Shown here one piece after another: positions 63,401-64,000 of a stretch of DNA of 64,000 bases. The translations under genes were made by a program, and so were the position numbers. The first letter of the stretch is position 1. Each line of letters opens with the position of its first letter. Under the pieces are notes generated by a model. It did not search any database, had not been told where the DNA came from, and saw nothing but the letters and a program-made list of their open reading frames with translations. Source of the stretch: Candidatus Gottesmanbacteria bacterium (lineage in GTDB: Bacteria; Patescibacteriota; Microgenomatia; UBA10105; UBA927); contig JAHFKK010000001.1 in NCBI GenBank assembly GCA_023245335.1, positions 17,918 through 81,917 on the forward strand. Direction: 5' to 3'.

Positions 63401-64000
63401 TACCCCCCCTTCGTGAGGATGGGTTTGGGAACGTTGGGATTTATGATATCAAAGTAATCCGGAAACAGGAGGACATTCCAGAGATAACTAAATCCCCGGA
63501 CAAACCAATTGGACCCGGGCGGCGTTTTGACATAGAGCGGATTGGGTCCGGCCGATTGGCCGGTGACGTTTTGTACGGACGGATGAACCAGCGCATAGGC
63601 GGAAATCGCGGCAGGCTGCGTCACAATCCCAAATACGGATGCGGGAGTGACGGTGCGTCCTTGGGACGATGCAAATGAGGTCATCGCCGCAAGTGCCGCT
63701 TGCCGCGCAGAATCGACGGCAGTATTGACATTGACGTCCTCTGTAAACGTCGTCACGGTATTGGTTGTCGTCGTGGACGGACTCCACCCCGCGGCCACCT
63801 GCATGAACGTCGATTCATAAGTAAACACTTTGGAAACTATATCGCTATCCGAACTGACGGTTAAGCCCAGGGCTGCTCCGGCACGCTTAGCTATATCCCC
63901 ACGCATCGCAGCAGTGAGTTTGGTGTTATCTGCCGTCTTGTTGTTTGCCCGTGCCGCTGCGATTGCCGTATACGCGTCGGCATATTTACTTTGGGCAATA
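33454..64000 (-). CDS. Giant multi-domain membrane protein (>10,180 aa; N-terminus lies beyond the window)
   Basis: A single uninterrupted reading frame of 30,450 nt runs from the stop at 33454..33456 to the ATG at 63904..63906, and the same frame stays open to position 63999. Contains TM segments, coiled coils and numerous enzymatic domains (see individual domain features and findings). Confidence 0.9.
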   Translation of the reverse strand, partial: IAQSKYADAYTAIAAARANNKTADNTKLTAAMRGDIAKRAGAALGLTVSSDSDIVSKVFTYESTFMQVAAGWSPSTTTTNTVTTFTEDVNVNTAVDSARQAALAAMTSFASSQGRTVTPASVFGIVTQPAAISAYALVHPSVQNVTGQSAGPNPLYVKTPPGSNWFVRGFSYLWNVLLFPDYFDIINPNVPKPILTKGGYIVSAVLRYAAPLAIPGAGLPVTLTIAGIDLVRIVAEAIPYRLARAVWFQNLMLLDFQTVADSMARNSATHPVQKLFLPLVRFIATKYTDFLTKDTSGQPVQTLKNILAGSDKGFVEDIANARFLGIGDPQWNPISAFFSTVSYVFSRIGNHTLLYWDGFRVWQHYVEHVSGRASPLHTHGYELPDYWSMEGRTFGFIPNALVNATLKNNTVGFLISRAVAVGLYIVPTLVTFAVIVIPALITIAGVIVGLIPALHVFLAPIALLGTGSWVLRLIGLGIGPAAVTASIIGSIVGGPMIHNDVTRFTNGGGYKAIFSLSTYTPWKWKWTYKPATPIAATIPSAQPAGPINPQTTTFSQGFHDTWDAFFWGQGWRGVGRYVGRTALRMFGGSIISLIFDGGHAVVEGVMYAFRASGSSPISLPRIIDSTRHDAFTNFLRGVSDFLKGVGDTVFLNTEANVPGTLGRFAAARLPMYAASFIPGGIFVRPIVVGAIEVFNIYRQVVKNQVFRKVNFYGQPRTQSTTTPQALSANQLGVNTVTLYAGQEMKNNSVVRVIYTDEHGVAQADDATLQLWSPDSNPANSQWYVVRADGQKVGWVKQGDVVLGVTPVPPGARPVSPPAVTAAPAVAPSQSFGAGLADISRGPLGRGARGATRYATSRIVLNLGTLIPWFIRLPVVFGFDLVQAVWYRNNPASYLETAKAIAAVPALQGIVDFFQIPAGQDGAAWGRYVTQRVLFVMPAWVNWIATAINDGVRAGLYFRNGQSQQLQSQIGNVLRVNTAQPQQTASLPDLNQKVQQIRLAFEQPQVNVTEKERSDVEVALVELQETPIDQMTSDQARRITEALTLIRSSIANLSNVGATLAVIDELNTSLAPRLAQPQQPQPVVQPVGPVSRTNPSQPAVTSSQPLRITPDTRSVGVNVQNAQIVVQGLMQEIRQKQQENLREAFSAAKLLESQPVVVVAGYVRQVNEMVIDIRQLLLVQEQNNLGTVKGKQTWAQQELQRLKTQQSDFEAQVIRSNQKQQLERDLLSEVNQQKALQDQKALLEKDKSRLSQLVSAFTSQLSQLKERIDCVSCGLRARSDIPTTRPVTDTDVAAAQAALNTSPTYARRWAQIKDEAQHSFHDFTIGGHTDAVVRNLIIPEGYNAEDLILAAQLHDIGKVGAQEANRLGLDPQKRGREPNHVVESTRLTKTILDELSVSSDRQQRILFLVQYHEVLGNIAVYKNYSDEQKAREVFGAKPGESVDAAWRRYVQDFAKSITSEDDINALYALNRADIAGVKKNNALLTSSTSSDLLAARHEALREYYVDLRDQTKSSRERSLYQTLDTYNREMARVYREESFRNDKETNIFSLVLPTHRTDLQSLLGILTSKIIYSYDYKRGVNFKVGGIGSDYGFITLIGKGLDATVFDDQVTMPGTSDKWKPGIKHPWNVLDLSGVNGRSKAEALWGGFNDVLSRGTKALVEATRQRSLDWLGKAQIDPNKGAQLNIGVRPDELKTYEDRIRAMAKLRGLNADLTVRETSAIVPTEAISAMIVPEFVAQRAEFAQIQSLAHQNNIQILVASTGKTALEYMGESAAYFLHDKSNALRASRRFVGIGTIIAEELSSKYGRKIVYNGPQNSGEKKDDFHVYLRKYLTGAHVLDSLPTVRLDRMDDNQVAEEVIRLNQEMGLNRGSQDHGSWMNFAGRNAFEQEQITYFSYLARRERDMSLLRIDKQGTQVVAAVQSNETDLVQQQAKAEADLRRAEEQLADIQGSVDQADARVIALRNQIKSIDQSLTSKIEQAKFVIREIETQLQSLLTERHDIETYLQDPMLLTLDTEIPTGPVTANAIQNKLTNPIIRDVYETYKAVISEDSWKNAPQVAVDAEVASRIEGRLPAGVTLKDKENALRTAWEILVDEKIPVVRLSHSLSRQNGTPIEIGVAVGNIGKADVDAVVNSANNFLAMVSGTAGRISRASGVVSSADSYWQNHPAYANLRLVPANSVSLAQVDAVALVENHGPFDIGSAVVQIARGFSQTKIKYIIQAIATGYIPDTTYAGRIPMTTDTIYQSIKNALLEADAAGVQTIALPIMGSGKGGVDISDSLAATYRAIAEVAPMLSHVASVEVVASSEYEANIVGSFIQNEVNPLPQRPVQQLLSIAAQLVADMGSATFDPAIAADIDPVVRQLTQGLEPISELEVTQELASILSDYQLSLADKSDAQSVFTLGRITAVLQSLTVEIDNLEKQLHLVPVSVDNTTTISEFAAEEESPAPIIVTPQTTAAVTLELLAAINQIKSVMLEVVREMAIINGHIVRGDMSEADLRTLTGQVVRAFTNAGVTIPETNPTVFSVFLALTRPEVTGQVDAITDTQAATKLLGALELVRDTLASENKHIESPDFVQSVRRVIVNAVETVEAPFENTQETRAAIKEATTALAQVGIPVGPTENMHEFLTSLESALMKPGTANYQRGLQDLKTLEAILRKNPAAQREANIIREVAQMMPEEDSPVIYLPASIPESPSQPSFLTAVIVAMLQRAAILPKTSDGQPDEYYQNCDDCGKYVASLIRQFSAIDARLANGEFDQAIQDLTTTLTAVNAEYGKRTDSNPLIFSAAQMYIHQMLAEAYTGVGNTKSAATERAAARQIRVNQLGREVDNLQRDESITDQQYLDMVTPLRNLFTAVDVTVQQGTADDVVGMLARVQKENPGITNLPLAASLNNAAILIARDEYNGAVAGFVAVQTSPTGDLDEISVLFVDPSYQGVNIGTRLLEAAKNLNTGSVGVRVIPSPAGYKAGDNLVDLSARLNAFYQAAGFVKEEPDNAFRVWRRTGKGKTAAAVNVGTVRVFYPTEHFTKSSWISLGTDVDNAIQFDPATIPTVLGKHAVIYFNLESKTWMVDDAELSPGTSTQIVYPGMEDFPLIVVPVEGRILRDGTQILLGRDVVARVNITSTNQLALTPIRIGKETPKPIPNASPEQLQTLDDFQWNAQILADELGIHRDMTVDEMNGYLIPQNDVNPLQRMTAQRTQLANNLPAQQALLAFYTRTILLVGVDHTDQVPTFVRQELLALEALEKANDGWVRPASQEEADFLAAHEAAITTELLRQIFPTETNLQVSNPETLAALQERYGIFSDEFQPLVQEISHYLWLRTPAKPANFFERPNTVSSQITTLIVNTTGLKTDEQQSQIRQVVNTTLKAMSEAGVSTIPPVALVMRLGSQDAGKAIRDTISSIYVRVKGTPADVAVQQFLTRIPVYIRIIGSANITDVPKTLSATQKAIEALEKNTSLRDIQADTLQRFLDAPLSDAKVDNTVTPTVQAFLYQTLKQQLETNEQAPDHLGISDTELAALTHTIGEYLFGLPKQGGEGGGAKPDGGGTGAGGEGGTNADRKTATTPWIPTIPDVSTSLVTDTATDTITYAGHRLIPLSSRPYVYRVENTDYIIKFREITHTITGTGGNDVELLIYQYLSEFRDLQTPIYGFGHADWNGHPDTLFIVFKAISTDVQEPDRDVGLPSDNFSIEDVDRYGRMRGYIQDAGLGGSDSNIGRDNGQLSVLDTDAVGKQVLTIIQNRISDVSSVPQNAVFLPETAIYETIQPGGIHLGFLIGSKVMVDGVEVNGPIVIQPDEPHQIIFSNTIIKRPVIYVYSSVDKQFHRALPNRSLIPLWDVGFDVYTTTVDDVGYSFLFDLTSGTTRYLTSGMVLAQGRSIYAVVGASGAVYTKPKKIEILNSDSYFAGGSVWLINGEQAREMRKQDVQSAHTALMESPAGSPFVASPQLMPLRYKLFELQDGRVVVYDGLFTEKYYAFDDLGSAPIDITKPQKLLTGEVVVFTNNGPTPSDRKDIEVIHHDDGSPGAEGGGGAGPGGGGMRSPQPVPKTSNSLFIDLEEAVTEGLTAMGKQYSVTRAVTDPLVARLRNITEQSRIQEAETLARQQAQQAQQKRIAIDQLANELVNGHQLPQSIGEPPAVSSIITGILNSHTTQLNQLIQSLLNKNVDQQILERGIEDGITNILRSDSRLRQSGASDVVSTTARTMAAQAMTQLIVWDTNVTPRIEQAVVLGIISSDDRVQYAQIKQRLPADAFISVGIFSASNINLRAKKHFNRIEQAATRFYAYRQELRNISDTELEHILQLFSTNAQDAIVNFFEARLQTTHPGIPAGEANLVAAEHTVWLFNQYRSGALTIQMDQLTTANELSRFFPIVTEQLRLDSDLIGLAQKRIWEEREGSSKSLLHVTNALSLMIRQKLGVTDVGGKNALSYAPRMTPSAYTTQLNAAQATLTDQVTELAWALDRLPRSAQSTLLTAWRSMSSTDALVSIREFRNLRIAFTDPSDPLGSRIFELLRTDQTDAALTLIHERMDIWLHQLPSVFADTAFQESVTDIITNQVQNVVNISVDTDLVAQIHDVVDALRNRDFSGSRYDEWVIDGRSPEEEANVLTRLLISVRTPDDLTPEIKRATVLATFLLNGITSAPVTKQVGNAMTVNTVDRKAISLPVPTMFRANFWQTAEISPAVALLQMRPAEKAIAVHIGGNSNEGYRLEYRIGADTTPVAVIQIPDRVTLEAHISARSRDYYRELGVRPNATTAEIETAYRDQSENLNRPFAFEDVYLFKWQVPISRLVRTILFRVRNHQRVFDEAYAVLSDSTLRQTYDAVNAQRPTFGQQALHAYQFLDGWFLQNRTLRNFYFTLMIVTGFGLISYVGSMMVMSFVVGSALLIMGTHYQPPPSLSVRPAMVQTLPERKSPIVGARKAYSYDAKTGSYNFDYGQTDHITAERNQADGSLLAVTQQGKLQGTMFYPESAGFYEDVNGLDGKSQRIIGSSAPFVLREATGGQLQTGVLMDIDGKLGYYNSERHPIAAKFGFDRTGSLYAYRTNFSWLNQTLYAVYHQGFTLYVNGDGKIIGFDSQNNTVTTVDHPALAADIDVSTITSIDDLGTRLTQNKADVSTWDKSILLYEPLEYVDQNGNLLMRRRDDITNSGVPWHQFNQDVPGFVSSVYELFDYQNGKDVSIGKFVIIRDGKMELVGLGQEKLAVNNETLNLPSYIRLIINLPNIADGTDDIFPVSIYKPSMREVWISTHEFLRQGTLHPLLLGLDSSGAPLANQTSLLLFPAVSETGISADYTVAYSVPWTDLQISGDGTYEQLYVSQETLLAVQNGTFTGNVIPFINDSGVEVAWRYVMPWEHMNAHALQLRSDGTILNMFAPNVFAGLYTPNEYTAPVKYFAYSSDPTHNAPTDQVLTGQFTVLPKSAEVTDLVTKLQTKAFGKLADTLNSEQTSVTDSRAKAFYVPVPVDNEQAVTVGLDAMPLSYGKEQVVILNKLSSLPGDIGVYIHKIGGTDADTVRINSDVTFHGASTIKWPLVIAYFSFFEQQGLTNQQILSQRPVKFLAEHNKLWFDNPSWNNSTTADLMKRALVRSDDTAAQVLLQYLLLQPGFSQEKIFQQWNLTHIDIQTRYMTADDVGTLLEKFYDKSLGISDSSTRYITTLLTTPTADDKWWIGEPLPASVRAQMLHKIGYVFEQGGLNTANDIAIVRLPKGGAYIMVFLSKFSSQEQVNDIVPVMQKISADAFTIATTPPGSPQQTVANTTSPQSVIAPNTVPVGTNPKADAQSEMITITSQTARTDDVKTITTLESFVTDYSQKSLPEIQQTIHAYQSGADITTKDNGTTFRLYFQARISRSPLAYLLDQAKYPDFTAKLLDLESDYTIVTVNKQPVSQLVQCVDWDKLLNTIPGVYMAGNITDYPLRPDAKGMFAAIYDANKAQGIFPQAKKGDNKIDIVINYLKRTAGKILFSGAQRANDAYRLGSVDDIRDGDVGWMADLNHTFTVLHVLDLEQSNVYNLPAGKYFLVSEANRNADGLPHTYLVAAANFESVVAPIRTTLFLRNKADPPAVASNVSYASVIAPDTGVLTGGAAVKVQPDILPQAIFRTQVAGNLLKHAVVKATNTQHIQANQNAIADLAAYGVSDTFSRIWKLWQQQVRYLQYLTRLVQQAPDLQRGIGSIPANAPSIWDWIVVTAKFWWQANGVINNELHRYFGLVRGNGAIVVPLVQTDKSLKAVYAPITDPAKKTITTQAEALREKACGESAMRLIPPVYAQGNNVAGLNDCAVGDVIVATGKFAAMLVDPPVVTIVQALSPTEQPTIGKLLLHVNPSINPQEMTVGGLQYTHLSPMIAQSATYGQLGFTTGLRAHPLTLSNGKGESYWIDSAGYRALEKTMTANIRDSTFRSLSEEVRQILENAEINGHSVTINATNIGEFAQGLRNILDFGLRTNEHEPLWLGGFGKSTIGASAGDFFNGYAVVTVLPEGVSESDIQVTDEKLNQTFIPPDYLLYIVGTRKDAELFKQWILSDAWNHLGGFGLEDRGRYPDGVTVREWLNSHVVGFEDVIQHKDNLQALSPIRQYLKTPQLSVTENIEPQSQPPPQAVSVINPTVPLNNTFMADSSGQYRVTVSAKVPEAFAQLTEVRQWVDQAKPGFFTLVISDLSGKALGFVGGEYNKEKSDLYTQFIYVSPDTRNAGLGKLLQGAVLTYAQSRPDVRTISSGIENVLSLTPDGNVKEYTEGVGSWLSYKSKSGATFQDGAYPIAEITDVSVNFGILRTQAFITYGLRINIRDANGKLLSSPVQTLPGDVQGLLRFTQESVFPNDINLAALYNAPYKDNYYFVSKHMYPKLEYLNYLNGVDEKPAEVNPPLKASHLSNQGPLSLLPSSFIHVLPGWLGSIAAALNSVTPLIQQITTYVGTWWTARQYNLPDRLGQDLAQAVKAGPSDAKHQFVGVARVEGDMLYVSGYQPVKNPSFYGAKYTPVLWMAKLTPGDRSRLADVSPDQLRDEAQTRIERATEVIVAQHGFQADRRVFAEPMSEDLVPYGTDGIRQIAVAPTMGGGEGSFAGTSSTYQYERMLGQFNDFMKALTATSADQATFAFGNGKTRVRFLGHSTGAQIVLEYAKANPNLVEDMNSDFSLLSPYLLGPDTITAFDDKWSRVPWLGTAYRTVNDSKTPELVRVPLLFFAKLLGVDKLIVDTRLSGLTRDPAVSDADFVHRQNQQNIPYTLRWYDILQHKPVIQWDTTLVTLVAQKRVRIFATQNGQDHIVNQIPTHAFADEHGIPVIDSVIGHYPTAAVWKQKIGPYYQDSLRDAVISQLAANESAVRGAIRAIPDVSRTISQRDAGVVALVAAMKRDPYLATFAPTLRTVAVGLTRRYVAEFTIYDQTYVLDIPNLNEPIVILPNERYGNTSPAEDITPESLSNSQFVTVAINTVIQKATEWFKVYTNPLFGIEPRVQPVQEAPENIPLPTGAPAARGPIAPLDPTVKDVIKTLYYLNPETDLAGMPVSQINFFNLFANNRLLDPGLNRDIAGATFPKTPRITENGNVATPDRTQTILSHFGTVRNAISILSSFVFPRLVRANFYVATVDIKDVYSANQTGAKPYGVTGDVLIHDIAQTIIDLQKSHNLTTWDIRVNGDTLAIVSRTPLGDIVSELNAKLRGVFALYGVKGGTVAYDQARVRALPGAADEWAELLDRSEPLPAGLQRSRVIAIHPELADFFAALDKIPWAVRTKYELFIEEALLDPVLFTEAAQENMESFLYRQDYLDHAFRTLTDRLTKASSNGKSVYLLHVSVPGILKLINDTYGDAAGNAFIKEMFHRLSVANHMGETGSAAWYDILRKGGDFELTIVGSPQEAQALINQISRSLAGIYQVRDGISYDVRATVVGKDLGIVSDGRLIGQTQFTEAFGAAENDLAQADWRETIQGMVADNLSGDGVFSFLDPFSTRGTIRSWKLDMTNPEDLEITVLYANPANEPPGAPLVHAENEARVKAIFMAAMQRYLTNTSREEGVLVTENPPKPQPTGVLNVSSMSVEKTLIQPLLTIPQNVVDIVEFAANMHPPRGLYIDITGQAVDGVGFSKTVSSSQMVPAKSSPYAGTALGDFVGATHPLNFVDSGTNLPFPDNSVGAVIASDVTIATLPDILAEAQRTLELNGFLILKNAPLAITEQARLFGYSNISLAAEDPSFTILIKGEGYNPSNFYTGVTEPVAPYKGTIVARWRINVPSDQVATEVLANLQQKVTGNNGLNGVPFYPANVAVLDRQLVSDRDFLELELPTGNRILLYKSTGQGAPTLKQAGDWIAVNGFSREQAKSDDPTSNWIIKDDTSIALTQGGNTYLTDLATYLKTNGPEALILKSRPPFNPASSSRLTINTIQADRAAVTPKQNLPDLLLTVIANDQCYAYNSLVPHVYAAGSGVNPDGGCSFAGRAFLKSIMSTGIGSIVWVWHYGQKPVGLVLNLWQQAGEAVQVVTGRAGNLRQGTTDIRLFANQPRVLQQKLASLHGAVRELEIAGAITNPREVVYGSTVTGPIPNDTDIFLIVDSVHPLRANLKLSDTAQKLYAEITDMFANDEYKTKTYGGHSELFSDQDVEAVLVSKAMYMDFLSIPPDQQKIRLLWNIFAKNSNVASHYETLQQVNFLFPFFQLASEGIPAIEFEKEQRGTVTQHATNDELWKALRLQILQLDLSIRNFQGIFASLRSSLTTDEEYKQLYTDAGLELLRVIATLPQSGQPDQETARAFVMASRRFLLEAPRVYAKISPTNAPQLKKFSASFSAQLWGYLHGSNFIQTTLQNGARLVYGPNIEATDTVRQYNSAAKVYVFPVEQSVRASPTTNSTLLTQLWQRLGNAVRNMLTRLGILNSNQPSVMKEELRPQPLPTQALFQQMNASTRPDTNTYSITAEENLRLFVRPSVPATNTVWWRLIPQWVAARRDDINTSIQTFSDQLTTSFRELVANGVVSIIRSGGELVSPFWKMDEAKVGQMVFDVLDAADFTYRSLPDFIRNATPIHNVYGWIGSRLLTPLLFPRQIARVTLPLYETDWQRFTAGGWKPWTWKKPIAWEWNWKWMKDYLTGQAVVGVDSILNKSNKGFIGVITAPIRGLWSITKRNLPTPEGIAIEDVVLVGQGNGTMVPGIVTAIEPYNEGSLILYDVTLADGKRTVRRLRKNQFATSPSVESGKYSIDAQKSSFSKNKNLSGYYVLWDAYNRLEPVISKAVEGITISPSTKDIRIHTNDEIFDAVLSSREFGILFTNTNYLRRSTEAQNAILLPLFAAMNAEIRYQKIRQAAILSAQPEAQAQVAAQAKFLEKAIPSAIRTGKDLKAAYEAMKETLNNDQCYTYNLLVSRVYAASNGANLGGGCSFVGRTFLKSLMSTGVGSVVWVWHYTQKASSLVIGRGRNLWQGEGEMMQRIRNAIHFGGPSERGSGPQITIIPHITRDETIQLGLSGHVIGNIVNNDETLQSDIKSVNADNRDNSMQNQITTPLPNNLISSVTRMKQIFTQIYSDGGLLHIAQYTNENLLDENAFRQMFPKVSQEDLQRLWSIMDHSVDPELLPIAFEMGQFDFSNTLSRDTVVHLLYSSSALRSELFVLMMNDQIIDFLRQPLEWRIQHQAKMPPEIPEFIDHAITAAKGTLDAGQIAALTAYLRNFFDTGMTNTSLDRYDQFFYVYNNLARITFRVFFGKSTWALSNPLNDPTYILTTVWNAARRYAKAQYVVGMYKIANTAYQRFFPEVYIDPKVIKINEYEPGDLLEIPHEGGIQDPNASYANHEIDIISATPFEHVGLAALNEYTESSTHQKVKRKVFDVETMIHELGHAIFEQIVSPDKGVRGSGVGSQVSDAISEGFSVLMEQLFAEVAQRQPQILGLNDEDIHEFQNIRFERFGLFIDKQNHYSEGATIFLLIYHNAADTPSGENLQVGLQAIRNVLNKLDLDRLYKTPRTDPRYQTLLAHGTAQEWVAFLTRPGENNSQSITGQNGQLNSQIQAIVTADTIQTLQQIAAKQEGKPVTVDQLVAAVEKTQAYQALLENSPNMTADQLRPMLTARINELLKNNSNTKPKSLIKDIADLSVSSLIVGDAFYKLGETIESIPSAIYKNVTQQIANLAPVLAHLNFSFLRQNLGWLGTGIALGGFFQLSVDALYPNLNKRRLIQLLALIPFTTAAFIAAKLYVFYRLRPTNIFDFKDFTAFAIGMVVPYIALPIYRFAEARGWLIKK
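33487..33741 (-). other. C-terminal cluster of three TM helices of giant protein
   Basis: Hydrophobic stretches LGWLGTGIALGGFFQL, LIQLLALIPFTTAAFIAAKLYVFY and FTAFAIGMVVPYIALPIY in the last ~95 residues. Confidence 0.5.
34400..34900 (-). other. HExxH zinc-metallopeptidase-like region near C-terminus of giant protein
   Basis: FDVETMIHELGHAIFEQ with downstream SEGFSVLMEQ (possible third ligand E). HELGH codons verified at 34648..34662. Confidence 0.45.
35827..36129 (-). other. Cys/His (CHAP/papain-like) putative peptidase/amidase domain, copy 2 (aa ~9260-9360)
   Basis: NDQCYTYNLLV...GGCSFVGRTFLKSLMSTGVGSVVWVWHY. A clear internal duplicate of copy 1. Confidence 0.35.
38617..38919 (-). other. 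Cys/His (CHAP/papain-like) putative peptidase/amidase domain, copy 1 (aa ~8330-8430)
   Basis: NDQCYAYNSLV...GGCSFAGRAFLKSIMSTGIGSIVWVWHY. A Q-C pair, then a conserved His, in the order seen in CHAP/NlpC-P60-type cysteine hydrolases. Confidence 0.35.
40327..40809 (-). other. Degenerate GGDEF-like (diguanylate-cyclase fold) domain within giant protein (aa ~7700-7860)
   Basis: KLINDTYGDAAGNAFIKEMFHRL aligns with the GGDEF-domain KRINDTYGHAAGDEVLRQVAQRL region. The signature reads RKGGDFELTIVG (GGDFE rather than GG[DE]EF). Confidence 0.45.
42187..42939 (-). other. Alpha/beta-hydrolase (lipase/esterase-like) domain within giant protein (aa ~6990-7240)
   Basis: Nucleophile elbow VRFLGHSTGAQIVLEY (GxSxG). 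GHSTG codons verified at 42727..42741. Confidence 0.5.
43807..44229 (-). other. GNAT N-acetyltransferase domain 2 within giant protein (aa ~6560-6700)
   Basis: YTQFIYVSPDTRNAGLGKLLQGAVLTYA is a GNAT motif A. Confidence 0.5.
46807..47589 (-). other. Class-A beta-lactamase-like serine hydrolase domain within giant protein (aa ~5440-5700)
   Basis: Three motifs in canonical order and spacing: SxxK (FHGASTIKWP; STIK codons verified at 47452..47463), SDN-like (RSDDTAAQVLL, compare SDNTAANLLL) and K[ST]G-like (HKIGYVF). Confidence 0.5.
54997..55359 (-). other. GNAT N-acetyltransferase domain 1 within giant protein (aa ~2850-2970)
   Basis: ISVLFVDPSYQGVNIGTRLLEAA is the GNAT motif A (Q/RxxGxG/A acetyl-CoA pyrophosphate-binding loop). 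Confidence 0.55.
57067..57669 (-). other. Macro (ADP-ribose-binding/processing) domain within giant protein (aa ~2080-2280)
   Basis: AVVNSANNFLAMVSGTAGRI...IALPIMGSGKGGVD matches macro-domain motifs (VVNAAN..L..GGGV..AI and the G-rich phosphate loop). Confidence 0.6.
59737..60054 (-). other. HD phosphohydrolase domain within giant protein (aa ~1285-1390)
   Basis: HSFHDFTIGGHTDAVVRN...LILAAQLHDIGK metal-binding H...HD...K signature. The LHDIGK codons were verified at 59929..59946. Confidence 0.55.

Noticed and set aside
33662-63787. Dozens of 60-170-aa plus-strand ORFs inside the giant gene region (e.g. 39509..39958, 51124..51540, 54428..54949, 61916..62296)
   Set aside because: All lie antisense to, or out of frame with, a 30-kb continuous ORF that has coherent domain content. 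They show no recognisable motifs and include low-complexity Pro/Arg-rich translations that mirror the Gly-rich linkers. I treat them as shadow ORFs.
1-64000. Mobile elements, CRISPR arrays, rRNA
   Set aside because: I found no transposase, integrase or recombinase-like ORFs, no direct or inverted terminal repeats, no regularly spaced short repeats and no rRNA-like conserved stretches on either strand.

Overview
This 64-kb window has two parts. Positions 1 to 33,417 hold a densely packed cell-envelope glycosylation locus of about 29 genes in alternating operons. It encodes nucleotide-sugar tailoring enzymes: a Gfo/Idh/MocA oxidoreductase, two DegT-type aminotransferases, a hexapeptide-repeat acetyltransferase, an RmlC-like cupin, two SAM methyltransferases and an LmbE/PIG-L deacetylase. 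It also encodes GT2 and GT4 glycosyltransferases, including GtrB/DPM1-like polyprenyl-phosphate sugar synthases. The largest group is an expansion of polytopic GT-C-type membrane glycosyltransferases: GT39/ArnT-like proteins, two YfhO-family proteins, a three-member paralog family, and one GT-C protein fused to an NPCBM carbohydrate-binding module. An O-antigen-ligase-like protein, a leucine-rich-repeat protein and the 3' part of a radical-SAM/SPASM gene are also present. Positions 33,454 to 64,000 are occupied entirely by one uninterrupted minus-strand ORF of more than 10,180 codons. The ORF is still open at the window edge. It encodes a giant multi-domain, multi-pass membrane protein. Recognisable modules are an HD phosphohydrolase, a macro domain, two GNAT acetyltransferases, a class-A beta-lactamase-like serine hydrolase, an alpha/beta hydrolase with GHSTG, a degenerate GGDEF-like domain, a duplicated Cys/His (CHAP/papain-like) domain, an HExxH zinc-peptidase motif, coiled coils, Gly-rich linkers and Trp/Lys-rich juxtamembrane motifs. 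Several genes carry near-consensus sigma70-like -35/-10 hexamers ending 6 to 7 nt before the ATG, so leaderless mRNAs appear to be common here. No rRNA, tRNA, CRISPR array or transposase/integrase signature was seen. Gene density, leaderless starts, the GT-C repertoire and a giant 'toolbox' protein together suggest a small-genome, possibly symbiotic or CPR-like bacterium, but that is inference only.
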